Shown here one piece after another: positions 1 to 8,213 of a DNA stretch of 42,555 bases. The stretch is taken from positions 1 to 42,555 of the IMG/VR virus record IMGVR_UViG_3300012942_000018, one strand, 5' to 3'. Source of the stretch: a virus (Duplodnaviria; Caudoviricetes). Each line of letters opens with the position of its first letter. Position 1 is the stretch's first letter. Both the position numbers and the translations under genes were made by a program. Below the pieces are notes generated by a model that was given only the letters and a program-made list of their open reading frames with translations, did not search any database and was not told where the DNA came from.

Positions 1-123
1 CCCGATGCCCCAGGCGGACATTCAGGGCGTGCTTCATGTTCGCCCAAGGTCCGTGAAGCTACACAAGCTCGCAAAGACCGATGAGGCCTTTGAGGCTTTT
101 CTAGCGTGCAAGAGGCTATTCGA
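1..123 (+). repeat. Terminal overlap identical to 42433-42555 (assembly circularisation)
   Basis: Exact 123-nt match, falling inside the exonuclease gene. Confidence 0.95.
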
Positions 124-193
124 CTGGAATCGTTTCGAGCGTGAAGCGGTATTGCTCGATCCGTATAAGACCGAAATGACTAAGGCGGCTTAA
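1..193 (+). CDS. Exonuclease, 3' part
   Basis: Continuation of the 41765 ORF through the terminal overlap. Confidence 0.85.
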   Translation, partial: PMPQADIQGVLHVRPRSVKLHKLAKTDEAFEAFLACKRLFDWNRFEREAVLLDPYKTEMTKAA

Positions 194-502
194 GTGAACG
201 TTGACGAACTGGCCGAAGCGGGTTATGAGGCTTTTGGCGAGAGCAATGATGGCCTGGGCTATGACTGGAACGTCTTCGCGGTCTGGCTCAAGGATGGCGT
301 GTTCTACTGGGCCCAGGACGCCGGATGCTCTTGCAATTATGCGTGGGATTCGTCCATCTTTCCCGATGACTTTGAAGGCTACGGGAACGCTCACGACGCT
401 ATCAAGGCTCTTCATTCCTGGGCCGGTAGCTCTTACAGCGCTAGCGGCTCTGACACGCTTATGACGAAGCTTCTTGATTACCGACCCCCCAAGGCGGCTT
501 GA
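194..502 (+). CDS. Hypothetical phage protein (DAGCSC motif)
   Basis: Abuts the previous gene; AAGGCGG RBS. Confidence 0.8.
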   Translation: MNVDELAEAGYEAFGESNDGLGYDWNVFAVWLKDGVFYWAQDAGCSCNYAWDSSIFPDDFEGYGNAHDAIKALHSWAGSSYSASGSDTLMTKLLDYRPPKAA

Positions 503-708
503 TGAGGTTTCGTCTTCGCGAGTTTGAGCCTGGGGAGATGATCGCCCGTGAGCCGGGGCTACTGGCGCTAGAGGTCTTCCCTACGGACTTCCTTCCGGAC
601 CTTGACTCTTACGTCTTCCCTGTTCGCCTTGGGGACGTTGCGGCCCTGAACTCGATTGCCCTTCAGCTCAACGCCGGGGAGCCCTTCCCGATCGAGGCGG
701 GCGAATGA
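499..708 (+). CDS. Hypothetical protein
   Basis: Overlapping stop/start on both sides. Confidence 0.7.
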   Translation: MMRFRLREFEPGEMIAREPGLLALEVFPTDFLPDLDSYVFPVRLGDVAALNSIALQLNAGEPFPIEAGE

Positions 709-878
709 ACTGCTCGAAGTGCGGTCAGCCTGCGGCCTACACGGTCGTAGAGGCTGACGACTCAGAGGCCGGGCTAGCGTGCCCGGCTTGCGCCCCGCTG
801 TTCGTACGGCGCTTCTACAGCCTTCAGGACACGGCTAGGGCGTCTATGGTCCTGATCCCTTACCCGCTGACTAGCTAA
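705..878 (+). CDS. Small CxxC..CxxC zinc-ribbon protein (57 aa)
   Basis: ATGA coupling; MNCSKCGQ...ACPAC. Confidence 0.65.
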   Translation: MNCSKCGQPAAYTVVEADDSEAGLACPACAPLFVRRFYSLQDTARASMVLIPYPLTS

Positions 879-892
879 GTCATCGCTTACAG
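879..892 (+). promoter_or_regulatory. Phage motif GTCATCGCTTACAG
   Basis: Intergenic copy of the recurrent 14-mer. Confidence 0.8.
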
Positions 893-925
893 CTTATACG
901 CCAGGCAAACGAACGAAAGGTCAGT

Positions 926-1204
926 ATGGCTAAGGCAACAAAGATCGCCCCGAAGCCCGTGAAGCAGCCCCCAGCCAAGATCGTCCTAGAGCTGTCTGAG
1001 GGCGAAGCGGACTTCATTCTGGGGATGACGGAGTTCATTAGCGGACACCCTAGCAAGTCGCCTCGCAAGTACGCGAACGCGCTTCGCGAGGCCCTGACTT
1101 CTGCCCTGGGCATTAGGGCTAAGGACACGGACGCCGCTCACCTTTACAGCGAAGTCCTTAGCATCCGGGGCTCTGTTCACTTCTCCGACTATCTCTCGAA
1201 GTAA
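926..1204 (+). CDS. Hypothetical protein
   Basis: GAAAGG RBS; 92 aa. Confidence 0.75.
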   Translation: MAKATKIAPKPVKQPPAKIVLELSEGEADFILGMTEFISGHPSKSPRKYANALREALTSALGIRAKDTDAAHLYSEVLSIRGSVHFSDYLSK

Positions 1205-1219
1205 CGAAAGGAACTCAGA

Positions 1220-1648
1220 TTGTCGATCATTGGCCAGACTTCAGGCGCTTACCCGCGCGTCAGCTTTAAGACCCTTGGGGACTCAGTAGCCGGAAGGATC
1301 GTCGCCTTCGAGGACTATCAGTGTACGGAATTCATGGATGACCCGAAGCGTGGGGTCAAGAAGGGCGACTTGAAGTTTTTTGAGAAGTCGGGCGACCCGA
1401 TTATGGGCGTCAAGATTCATCTTGAGGTCGTTCCGGGCGATGAGTCTTCGAGGGTCACTCTGTACGCGGAGAAGCCCCGCATGTTGAAGGCGATCGCTTC
1501 GGCCGTCAAGTCCACGGGGGCTCCGGATCTCGAAGAGGGCGGGGATCTCGCGGTTACGTGGTCCGGTATGGACGGGAGGGCTCAGGGATACCAGGCGGCT
1601 TACGCGCGCCCTGATGCCGACTCCGCGCCTCTGGCTCAGGCGGCCTAG
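1220..1648 (+). CDS. Probable ssDNA-binding protein
   Basis: Resembles actinophage SSB-like proteins (F...GD.V.G.I, LEEGGDLAVT); lies in the replication region. Confidence 0.65.
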   Translation: MSIIGQTSGAYPRVSFKTLGDSVAGRIVAFEDYQCTEFMDDPKRGVKKGDLKFFEKSGDPIMGVKIHLEVVPGDESSRVTLYAEKPRMLKAIASAVKSTGAPDLEEGGDLAVTWSGMDGRAQGYQAAYARPDADSAPLAQAA

Positions 1649-1653
1649 GCAAG

Positions 1654-1809
1654 ATGACTAGCCATCGCCGCGAAGGCATCACAGCCCGACTGTCGTCAGA
1701 CAGTTTGACGCTGACAGACAAGCTCTGGTCTATGTGCTTCGGGGGCCTTATGGGTCTTGCGGGCCTGTCGGCTTTGATGCTGATCCTTCGGGGCTTTGGG
1801 CTCATCTAG
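1654..1809 (+). CDS. Small membrane protein (51 aa)
   Basis: Hydrophobic C-terminal segment; read by hand. Confidence 0.6.
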   Translation: MTSHRREGITARLSSDSLTLTDKLWSMCFGGLMGLAGLSALMLILRGFGLI

Positions 1810-1853
1810 TTCAGGCTTTCCCGATTGTGCCTGTCGGTAAAACAATCGGAACC

Positions 1854-1945
1854 GTCCGGGTAACTCAGAGGCAGAGTAACCGCGCGCGCCCTGGTAGCTC
1901 CGGGAACTGAAAGGGAAGTCGCGGGTTCGAATCCCGCCCCGGACA
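1854..1945 (+). ncRNA. tRNA-like RNA with an aberrant anticodon/variable region
   Basis: 7-bp acceptor GTCCGGG/CCCGGAC, D arm ACTC-AGAGGCA-GAGT, T arm GCGGG-TTCGAAT-CCCGC; no canonical anticodon loop; no encoded CCA. Confidence 0.8.
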
Positions 1946-1976
1946 CGTCTTATCAACCCTCAACCTTAGGAGACTC

Positions 1977-2384
1977 ATGTTTCGTCCTATGCCGTTCGAT
2001 AAGCTCCGGATCTTCAAAGTTCTGAAGTGGGGAAGCGATTCCGACTCTCCGGACTGGCGCGATAAGGTCGAAGAGGTCGAGTCGTTCGATAAGGCCGATA
2101 TCGTCACGTCTCAGTTCCGGGGGACTAACAGTCATCAAGTCGTTCTGGACCTTGATGTCCCCGCGGCTCTAGTGCCCTCATCGACCCCGGGTCACTCACA
2201 CCTTTACATCGCGTCCTCGATGCCGTGGCACACGTATTCAGAGCTTCTAGACGCCCTGGCGAACGCTGGCATCCTTGAGCCCGGCTACGTCGGGGCATCG
2301 AAGGCCCGGAAGTTCACGGCTGTTCGGCTCCCCTGGGTCTCAAAGCCCGTTGAGACCTTTACCGACATTCTCGACGCCTTCTAA
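1977..2384 (+). CDS. Hypothetical protein with AEP (prim-pol)-like motifs
   Basis: VVLDLD...SSTPGHSHLY; AGGAG RBS. Fold assignment is inference. Confidence 0.6.
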   Translation: MFRPMPFDKLRIFKVLKWGSDSDSPDWRDKVEEVESFDKADIVTSQFRGTNSHQVVLDLDVPAALVPSSTPGHSHLYIASSMPWHTYSELLDALANAGILEPGYVGASKARKFTAVRLPWVSKPVETFTDILDAF

Positions 2385-2509
2385 TGGACTGGCTCGAAGT
2401 CATAGGCGTGATCGTAGGCGTCTGGATCGTGGTTAGCGTTCTGGTCACAGCGTTTGCTTGCTGGATCATCACACTCTTGAAGCAGGAGCATTTTGTCCAA
2501 AAAGGATAA
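2384..2509 (+). CDS. Small membrane protein (41 aa)
   Basis: TAATG coupling; one hydrophobic helix. Confidence 0.6.
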   Translation: MDWLEVIGVIVGVWIVVSVLVTAFACWIITLLKQEHFVQKG

Positions 2510-2591
2510 GCGCCCGGCTGCTTTCATTCTCGAACGGTTTCGTCGTGGGCTTCCGCTTAGACAGAGCATTGACGTAGAAGAGGCGGCTTGA
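2493..2591 (+). CDS. Small protein (32 aa, ends EEAA)
   Basis: AGGAG RBS, TTG start, TGATG coupling to the helicase. Confidence 0.5.
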   Translation: MSKKDKRPAAFILERFRRGLPLRQSIDVEEAA

Positions 2592-3421
2592 TGCAAAGCC
2601 TTTTCATGGCATCGCAAAACCGCGGCCAAACGGGCGTGCAATTGAAGACGGACTTCTATCCAAGTTTTGAGCGAAACGGTATCCGTTTCTTCCGTTCTCA
2701 GCTTTGCCTAATTGTTGGCCCGGGGAGCGCGGGAAAGTCACTTCTTATCAGCAACCTGATTGCCCGCTGGAAACGTCCGGCCCTAGTTTTTGCCTTGGAT
2801 CAAGATCAAGCCACGGCAGCGGCGAGGTTCGCAGCGACCGAAATGGATCAGTCGTTCCTAGAGCTGAAGAAAGACCTTGATGACTCTGCCACAAAAGATA
2901 CGCTCGCGAAGATGGCTTATATTCAGTCGGATTTCAAGGCCGAAACGCTGGACGATATATACCTGCAACTTGACGCCTACCTTGAGCGTTTCGGTGTACC
3001 GCCAGAAATCATCGTAATCGACAACATCGGCAACATGACTTCTGGCTACGATGACGAATGGAAGACGCTAAAAGCCCTAACCCTTGAACTGGACTTGATG
3101 GCGCGGAAGTACGAAATGCTGGTGATTTGCGCGCATCATACAACTGACTCTCCGACGACCGAACCGCTTCCGAGGTCTTCGATCCTGGGGAAGATAAGCC
3201 AGTATCCCCGCTTGATCCTGAGTGTCGCATACAACCCTTACGATTCGGTTTATAAGGTCGCAGCGGTCAAGAATAGCAGCGGCCCAACCGACCCGACGGC
3301 TTCGAAGCCGATTGAGTTCGATGCGAACCCCGCCAATATGCAAGTGACGGAACGTACGGGGCCTAGTGTCTCGACGGCAGAAGCGTACCTTAATGCCTTT
3401 CACGGAAAGAAGGACTGGTAA
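2591..3421 (+). CDS. DnaB/RecA-fold helicase (ATPase)
   Basis: Walker A GPGSAGKS, Walker B IIVIDN, AHH and VKN motifs. Confidence 0.85.
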   Translation: MQSLFMASQNRGQTGVQLKTDFYPSFERNGIRFFRSQLCLIVGPGSAGKSLLISNLIARWKRPALVFALDQDQATAAARFAATEMDQSFLELKKDLDDSATKDTLAKMAYIQSDFKAETLDDIYLQLDAYLERFGVPPEIIVIDNIGNMTSGYDDEWKTLKALTLELDLMARKYEMLVICAHHTTDSPTTEPLPRSSILGKISQYPRLILSVAYNPYDSVYKVAAVKNSSGPTDPTASKPIEFDANPANMQVTERTGPSVSTAEAYLNAFHGKKDW

Positions 3422-3765
3422 TGCCTACGCTTAAGCTGCCCAGGGAACTTGCTCAGGAGCTAGCGAGTATCACGACTCCGGGCACTGAGTACATGGATCA
3501 CTATCCGGAGTGCTTCGCAGAGTTCGACGTGACAGAGCTGGTCGAGAACCGCCCTACGGGCGATACGACCCGATGGACTTCGATCCATGAGCTTGTGATC
3601 CGCACGAAGGACGGGGCGCTCTGGCGCGCTACGTACGAAGAGGGCTTGACGGAGCGTCAAGACACGTGGGCCTTTGATGACGCGGGCGACCTGATCGACT
3701 TCAAGCAAGTCCGCCCGGTAGTCGTGTCGAGCATCGGTTACGAACCCGTTGCCGACGAAAGCTGA
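3421..3765 (+). CDS. Hypothetical acidic phage protein
   Basis: TAATG coupling. Confidence 0.8.
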   Translation: MPTLKLPRELAQELASITTPGTEYMDHYPECFAEFDVTELVENRPTGDTTRWTSIHELVIRTKDGALWRATYEEGLTERQDTWAFDDAGDLIDFKQVRPVVVSSIGYEPVADES

Positions 3766-4105
3766 ACGCGAAGCCAGGCGTCAGAAGTCCCTCATGGCTC
3801 ACGCGGCCAGAGTCCAGAGAACGTATGGGATCTCAGGCGAGATGTACTGGGGCCTCTACGCCTACCAGAACGGCAAGTGTGCGATCTGCCGTCGCGCCAC
3901 GGGAGCTACGCGCCGTTTGGCCGTTGACCACGATCACGCCAAAGGTTGCGCTCACGCTCCCACGACCGGATGCCCTGAGTGTGTCAGAGGGCTTTTGTGC
4001 GGCCCGTGCAACCGGCTGTTGGGCACGATCAAAGATGACCCTTCACGTCTGGTCGAGTATCTAGCTAACCCGCCTTATCGAGCTTGGAGAGCCCGTGCTT
4101 CGTAA
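3749..4105 (+). CDS. Recombination endonuclease VII-like resolvase
   Basis: YGI...Q.GKCAIC...LAVDHDH...VRGLLC..CN..LG. Confidence 0.9.
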   Translation: MPTKAEREARRQKSLMAHAARVQRTYGISGEMYWGLYAYQNGKCAICRRATGATRRLAVDHDHAKGCAHAPTTGCPECVRGLLCGPCNRLLGTIKDDPSRLVEYLANPPYRAWRARAS

Positions 4106-4256
4106 AGTCCTTAAAGCCGGATGGATTGTAACCTTCACGCCTCATTACGGCGGTATCAGCGTCGAGGCCAGGCGACACCATGATGAGCCTGTTCTGACCG
4201 CGAGGGGCGTCACGCCCCGGAAGGCCCTGAAGTACGCCTTCGCCAAGATCCGGTGA
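4095..4256 (+). CDS. Small basic hypothetical protein (53 aa)
   Basis: GGAG RBS, GTG start, fills the gap. Confidence 0.55.
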   Translation: MLRKVLKAGWIVTFTPHYGGISVEARRHHDEPVLTARGVTPRKALKYAFAKIR

Positions 4257-4288
4257 GCGGCTCCAAGGCGCGCGGGGTTTGCGCGCCG

Positions 4289-4302
4289 GTCATCGCTTAC
4301 AG
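4289..4302 (+). promoter_or_regulatory. Phage motif GTCATCGCTTACAG
   Basis: Directly after a GGCGCGC/GCGCGCC hairpin. Confidence 0.8.
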
Positions 4303-4342
4303 GGATGCACGGAACCGCAGAACCCCAGATTACGGAGGCAAG

Positions 4343-4702
4343 ATGACTGAGCGGCATGAGGCGAAGGTTGGCGATCGGATCAAGGTCAGCTTCAAGGGGG
4401 TCATTCGCAACGTCCGCGATTACGATCACAGGGGATGCACGCACATTGAGACGGACTCCGGGCACAATCATTACGTGTACTTCGGAGGGCAGTTCACGTC
4501 GGGCAAGGAGACGCCCCAGGGCGTTACGGTTGAACTGGTCGAGCCCCCGGAGCCTGCCTACCTGACTGGCCGTGCGTACATCGACGCTGACGGGGACGTG
4601 TTCATTCGGAACTACGACGACGGATGGACTAGCGCTAGCGGGACTAAGTACACGGACAGTTATGCGAGCCGCCCGCTTCGGCTTCTGACCGCTCAGGACT
4701 AA
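4343..4702 (+). CDS. Hypothetical protein
   Basis: GGAGG RBS supports ATG 4343 over 4253. Confidence 0.8.
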   Translation: MTERHEAKVGDRIKVSFKGVIRNVRDYDHRGCTHIETDSGHNHYVYFGGQFTSGKETPQGVTVELVEPPEPAYLTGRAYIDADGDVFIRNYDDGWTSASGTKYTDSYASRPLRLLTAQD

Positions 4703-4714
4703 CTAGCCTTTAAG

Positions 4715-4757
4715 CACGAAAGCCCCTCAGGCCTTCAGGGACTGAGGGGCTTTCGTG
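4715..4757 (+). terminator. Intrinsic terminator
   Basis: 16-bp stem CACGAAAGCCCCTCAG/CTGAGGGGCTTTCGTG. Confidence 0.85.
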
Positions 4758-4786
4758 TCTCTGCGTTTGGTCTGGTCACGCTTTTA

Positions 4787-4800
4787 GTCATCGTTTACAG
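4787..4800 (+). promoter_or_regulatory. Phage motif GTCATCGTTTACAG
   Basis: About 30 nt after the terminator. Confidence 0.8.
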
Positions 4801-4840
4801 GATGAGCATAACCCAATCAATGAGAGAGAAGGCGGCTTAA

Positions 4841-4951
4841 ATGGCGTGCCAGAACTGCGGAGACCCGAAGACCCCGAAGGGTCAGCTTTGCAAGCCTTGC
4901 GAGAAGGCGACCGACAAGCTGATTAAAGACCTGAAGAAGAAGGGGAAGTAA
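4841..4951 (+). CDS. Small CxxC..CxxC protein (36 aa)
   Basis: AAGGCGG RBS; TAATG coupling. Confidence 0.6.
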   Translation: MACQNCGDPKTPKGQLCKPCEKATDKLIKDLKKKGK

Positions 4952-5154
4952 TGTCCTGGGCGTTCCCGAACAAGCAAGCGCTCCGCGATAAGGTTGACTG
5001 GGAGGGCGGGGTTACTGAAGCCATTCTCGGCTACGGCATTCCGACCTCAGACCTTCCGCCTGAGACGCCCGCAGCGATCGCAGACGCATGGAAGCGCGTC
5101 GAAGCCATCAAGGATGATCATCGGCTGATCTGCGGATGGCTTTGGGGTGAGTGA
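4951..5154 (+). CDS. Hypothetical protein
   Basis: Coupled ORF. Confidence 0.75.
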   Translation: MSWAFPNKQALRDKVDWEGGVTEAILGYGIPTSDLPPETPAAIADAWKRVEAIKDDHRLICGWLWGE

Positions 5155-5734
5155 CCTTAGCGACCTCGCGGCCGAAGTCTCCAAAGACCTTCCCGCCCAG
5201 ATCCGCAAGGTGATCGACCAGGCCGTCGAGTACGGATGGGAACTCAACGCCCCAGGGATGACCCTCGCTCTCAGGCTCAACCACCCTACGGACGATCTCG
5301 CTCAGCCCGTATACATCACATGGGTTGTCGGGCGGACGCCTAAAGGGAAGCTCTCTTTCAAGTTCATGAGTTGCGGGACCGCCGGGTTGTCAAGTCTTTC
5401 GGGTGCTGATCTTCTCGAATACCTTGCGGACCCGACAACCGTCTATATGTCGGATGAGGATATCCGCGAGGCGGACGAAGAGACCCGGAAGCGTGAAGCC
5501 GCTCAAGCCGATAAGAAGGCGGGGGATTGGGACTCGAAGCTAGGGACTGCGGAGAACCTGGGGAGACAGCTTGGGGCTGGGGTTCTGAGGGTCGAGCGGA
5601 CGACAGCCGCAGAGATCATCAAGGATCAGAAGGCGAGGATCACAGCACCTTCTGTACGACCCACAGAGGGGCCTCTGACGCCCGTAAAGCCCCTTCGGGT
5701 ACAGATACCTACACCTACGCTAAACCAGCCATAG
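5147..5734 (+). CDS. Hypothetical protein
   Basis: 195-aa ORF in the operon. Confidence 0.8.
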   Translation: MSDLSDLAAEVSKDLPAQIRKVIDQAVEYGWELNAPGMTLALRLNHPTDDLAQPVYITWVVGRTPKGKLSFKFMSCGTAGLSSLSGADLLEYLADPTTVYMSDEDIREADEETRKREAAQADKKAGDWDSKLGTAENLGRQLGAGVLRVERTTAAEIIKDQKARITAPSVRPTEGPLTPVKPLRVQIPTPTLNQP

Positions 5735-6090
5735 CGGCCATTCTGAAGGGTCTAGCGCCTCATCTCGAATTGGACGAGACATCCCACGGATGGAGACCAA
5801 TTCAATGCCCGTGGCACGGGGACCGCTCCGCTAGCGCCTCATACAACACAGTCCTTCAGCGCTTCCGTTGCCACGGTTGCGGGATCGCGGGGGATGGTTT
5901 CGATTTGATACAGGAGATCGAGCGATGCGACTTCCAAACGGCAAGGGTCCGCGCAACGGAGCTAGCAGGATTCAAGGCCTTCACGTCTCCCGAGTCGTCT
6001 GGGATGAGGTCTTCTCAGCGTTCGAAGCTGACGGCCCGGAGGACCGCTCAGCGGTCGAGGCTCATCCGCTCGAAGTACAAGCGGAGATAG
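5731..6090 (+). CDS. DNA primase CHC2 zinc-finger domain protein (start uncertain)
   Basis: CPWHGD...FRCHGC...GDGFDLIQEIE. No canonical start near the domain; ATA 5731 overlaps the upstream stop. Confidence 0.8.
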   Translation: MAAILKGLAPHLELDETSHGWRPIQCPWHGDRSASASYNTVLQRFRCHGCGIAGDGFDLIQEIERCDFQTARVRATELAGFKAFTSPESSGMRSSQRSKLTARRTAQRSRLIRSKYKRR

Positions 6091-6153
6091 ATGACTGTGA
6101 CTGCCCGTGTCATGCCGAGTGGTTCTTCAATCGCTGCCCGTACGACTGCGGTT

Positions 6154-6167
6154 GTCATCACTTACAG
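6154..6167 (+). promoter_or_regulatory. Phage motif variant GTCATCACTTACAG
   Basis: One mismatch; upstream of the 6201 gene. Confidence 0.7.
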
Positions 6168-6200
6168 GGACTCCCGAAGACGCCAAACGAAAGGAACCCG

Positions 6201-6425
6201 ATGACTCACCGAATGAACCCCGAGGTTAAAGCCCAGTGGATCGAGGCGCTTGAAAGCGGGGAGTACACGCAAGGCCGGGGAGCGCTGACGAAGGTTGGTC
6301 CGGACGGCTCGCGCTCGCATTGCTGCCTTGGGGTTCTGACGGACCTCGCGGTCAAGGCCGGGAAGTGCGAGGAGACCGGGCGCGACCTTCTCGACAGCAT
6401 CAAGTACGGCGCTCACGTTCACTGA
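6201..6425 (+). CDS. Phage hypothetical protein (W..ALESGEY.QG...CCLGVL), possibly truncated
   Basis: AAAGGA RBS; 74 aa. Confidence 0.65.
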   Translation: MTHRMNPEVKAQWIEALESGEYTQGRGALTKVGPDGSRSHCCLGVLTDLAVKAGKCEETGRDLLDSIKYGAHVH

Positions 6426-6475
6426 GATCGCGGGTTACGTCCGCAACCTTCCGGGCGAGTAGCCCCCACGGCTTC

Positions 6476-6510
6476 AAGGCCCCAGCGTTCTTCGGGACGC
6501 TGGGGCCTTT
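6476..6510 (+). terminator. Intrinsic terminator
   Basis: Long GC stem with TTCG loop. Confidence 0.85.
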
Positions 6511-6537
6511 CCGTTCCCTAAATCATCATCGGTCGAT

Positions 6538-6551
6538 GTCATCGTTTACAG
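6538..6551 (+). promoter_or_regulatory. Phage motif GTCATCGTTTACAG
   Basis: After a terminator, 7 nt before ATG 6559. Confidence 0.85.
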
Positions 6552-6558
6552 CTTAGAC

Positions 6559-6657
6559 ATGAAAGGCGACGGATACATCGTGGTTCTAGGCATCGTGTTT
6601 CTCTGCCTGGCCCTGGGGCTTGCGTGGTCAGAGCCTAAGAAGCGGAAGCGCCGCTAA
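6559..6657 (+). CDS. Small membrane protein (32 aa), probably leaderless
   Basis: TM helix plus basic tail; TAATG coupling to primase. Confidence 0.6.
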   Translation: MKGDGYIVVLGIVFLCLALGLAWSEPKKRKRR

Positions 6658-7250
6658 TGGAGTTCGACCGGAAAGCCCTAGGGCTTATGCGCTCAACAGC
6701 CGAGCGGTACCACGAGAACATGACCCCGGAGGCGTATGAATACCTTGAAAGCCGCGGAATCGACCGATCAGTGGCTACCCGATTCCTGTTGGGACTCTGC
6801 GACGACATACGCGAAGGCTGGCTTTCTGTACCGTACCTTCGGCCGGATGGGGTTGTTTGGTTCAACTTTCGCCGTCTTGATGGCGGAAAGCCGAAGTATA
6901 TGGCTAGTGGGGCGAAGCATCTTTTCAACACGGCTGATCTTGATACCGCTGACCAAACCGGAGAGGTCGCAATCGCCGAAGGTGAACTCGACACGATCAC
7001 AGCTAGTGCGCTCTGCGGCGTTCCGTGCGTGGGCATCCCAGGCGCTACCCAGTGGACGGGTAACCGTCACTGGCACGAACTCTTCCGGGGATATCAAAGG
7101 GTCTGGGTTCTGGCGGACCCTGACGAAGCGGGGCTAGGGCTCGCGTCTGCGATCCTCGACGTTCTTCCGGCCGCAAGGCTTGTGAAGTTGCCTGCGGACG
7201 TGAATGAAACCTATCTCGCAGAGGGCGACATTAAGGGGTATCTCAAGTGA
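6657..7250 (+). CDS. DNA primase catalytic/TOPRIM protein
   Basis: YLESRGI, PKY, IAEGELD, ADPDEAG, DVN. Confidence 0.92.
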   Translation: MEFDRKALGLMRSTAERYHENMTPEAYEYLESRGIDRSVATRFLLGLCDDIREGWLSVPYLRPDGVVWFNFRRLDGGKPKYMASGAKHLFNTADLDTADQTGEVAIAEGELDTITASALCGVPCVGIPGATQWTGNRHWHELFRGYQRVWVLADPDEAGLGLASAILDVLPAARLVKLPADVNETYLAEGDIKGYLK

Positions 7251-7762
7251 TCTGCGATATCTGCGGAGGCTCCCTGATGTCAGACAATAAGAGGGGCGTA
7301 TGCACTCGCACCCCTAAATGTCACGCAGAGTCTCAGCGTCGCTATACCTCAGAGAACCCTGAACAGGTAAAAGAATCTCAGCGGCGCTATCGTACCGATA
7401 ACTATGAAGCCGTGAGAGATCGTAGACGGCGCTGGGAGGCGGCCAATCCCGACTATCCCCGCCGCTGGCGGGCGCTCCATCGAGAAGCCGTGAACGAGCA
7501 GAGTCGTCACTATCGTCAAGTCCGGCGCGAGCGAGTTCGTGCAATAAAGATCGAACGGGGCTGTGTCGATTGCGGATATAACGCACACCCTGACGCGCTT
7601 GACTTTGACCACAGGCCGGGGGTTGTGAAGCTCTTCAATATCGCCGGAGGTAGCAAGGCGGGTTGGGAAACCATCCTAGCCGAGATCGAGAAGTGCGACG
7701 TTCGTTGCGCTAACTGTCACCGAATCAAAACAGCCGAAAGGCGAGAGGCGGAAGCGGCATGA
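7247..7762 (+). CDS. HNH endonuclease
   Basis: GCVDCG...ALDFDH...EIEKCDVRCANCHRIKT. Confidence 0.88.
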   Translation: MICDICGGSLMSDNKRGVCTRTPKCHAESQRRYTSENPEQVKESQRRYRTDNYEAVRDRRRRWEAANPDYPRRWRALHREAVNEQSRHYRQVRRERVRAIKIERGCVDCGYNAHPDALDFDHRPGVVKLFNIAGGSKAGWETILAEIEKCDVRCANCHRIKTAERREAEAA

Positions 7763-7983
7763 TCAGCATCGCAGGCCTAGAGATCCCCGAACACTTTCAG
7801 GAATGGGCGTTCGGATGGGATGAGCCCGCGCCGAAACCTCCCGTCCGGATCGTCGTAGACACAGAAGACGAAGCCCGGATTCTCGCGGATCGTGCGGGCG
7901 GTCAGGCTTTCGTGCGTGAAGTCTTCACGTCCGAGTGGTTCCTGGCACCCGATGATGATGAGCCTCTTCCGGTCGCAGCATGA
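7759..7983 (+). CDS. Hypothetical protein
   Basis: ATGA coupling. Confidence 0.7.
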   Translation: MISIAGLEIPEHFQEWAFGWDEPAPKPPVRIVVDTEDEARILADRAGGQAFVREVFTSEWFLAPDDDEPLPVAA

Positions 7984-8213
7984 CCCGGGTTCTCAACGGC
8001 CCTGTAGCCGTAGGGGACGTTATCGCCTACACAGTCCGGAAGCACTGGGGTATGGCGACCAGGATAGGCGTGATCGTCAAAACCGGGGCTAGCTATGACG
8101 GCGATTCACTTCTAGTCCGCGTGGTCAAGTCGAGCAACAGACACGTCCCTGCGCAACTCGTCTGGGTTACTGAGCTTCAGAGGGTTGTCAAGCTGAAAGG
8201 CGGTATCGAGTAA
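7980..8213 (+). CDS. Hypothetical protein
   Basis: ATGA coupling. Confidence 0.7.
   Translation: MTRVLNGPVAVGDVIAYTVRKHWGMATRIGVIVKTGASYDGDSLLVRVVKSSNRHVPAQLVWVTELQRVVKLKGGIE

Noticed and set aside
1854-1945. Functional tRNA-Arg(GCG) or amber suppressor for TAG 36240
   Set aside because: The loop lacks U33 and purine 37, the stem has a C-C mismatch, and there is no CTA anticodon.
4802-4840. Micro-ORF MSITQSMREKAA
   Set aside because: Most simply the AAGGCGG RBS of the 4841 gene; not counted among the Ala-Ala termini.
5868-6200. N-terminal half of the 185-aa ORF
   Set aside because: Overlaps the primase zinc-finger gene; RBS and motif support ATG 6201.
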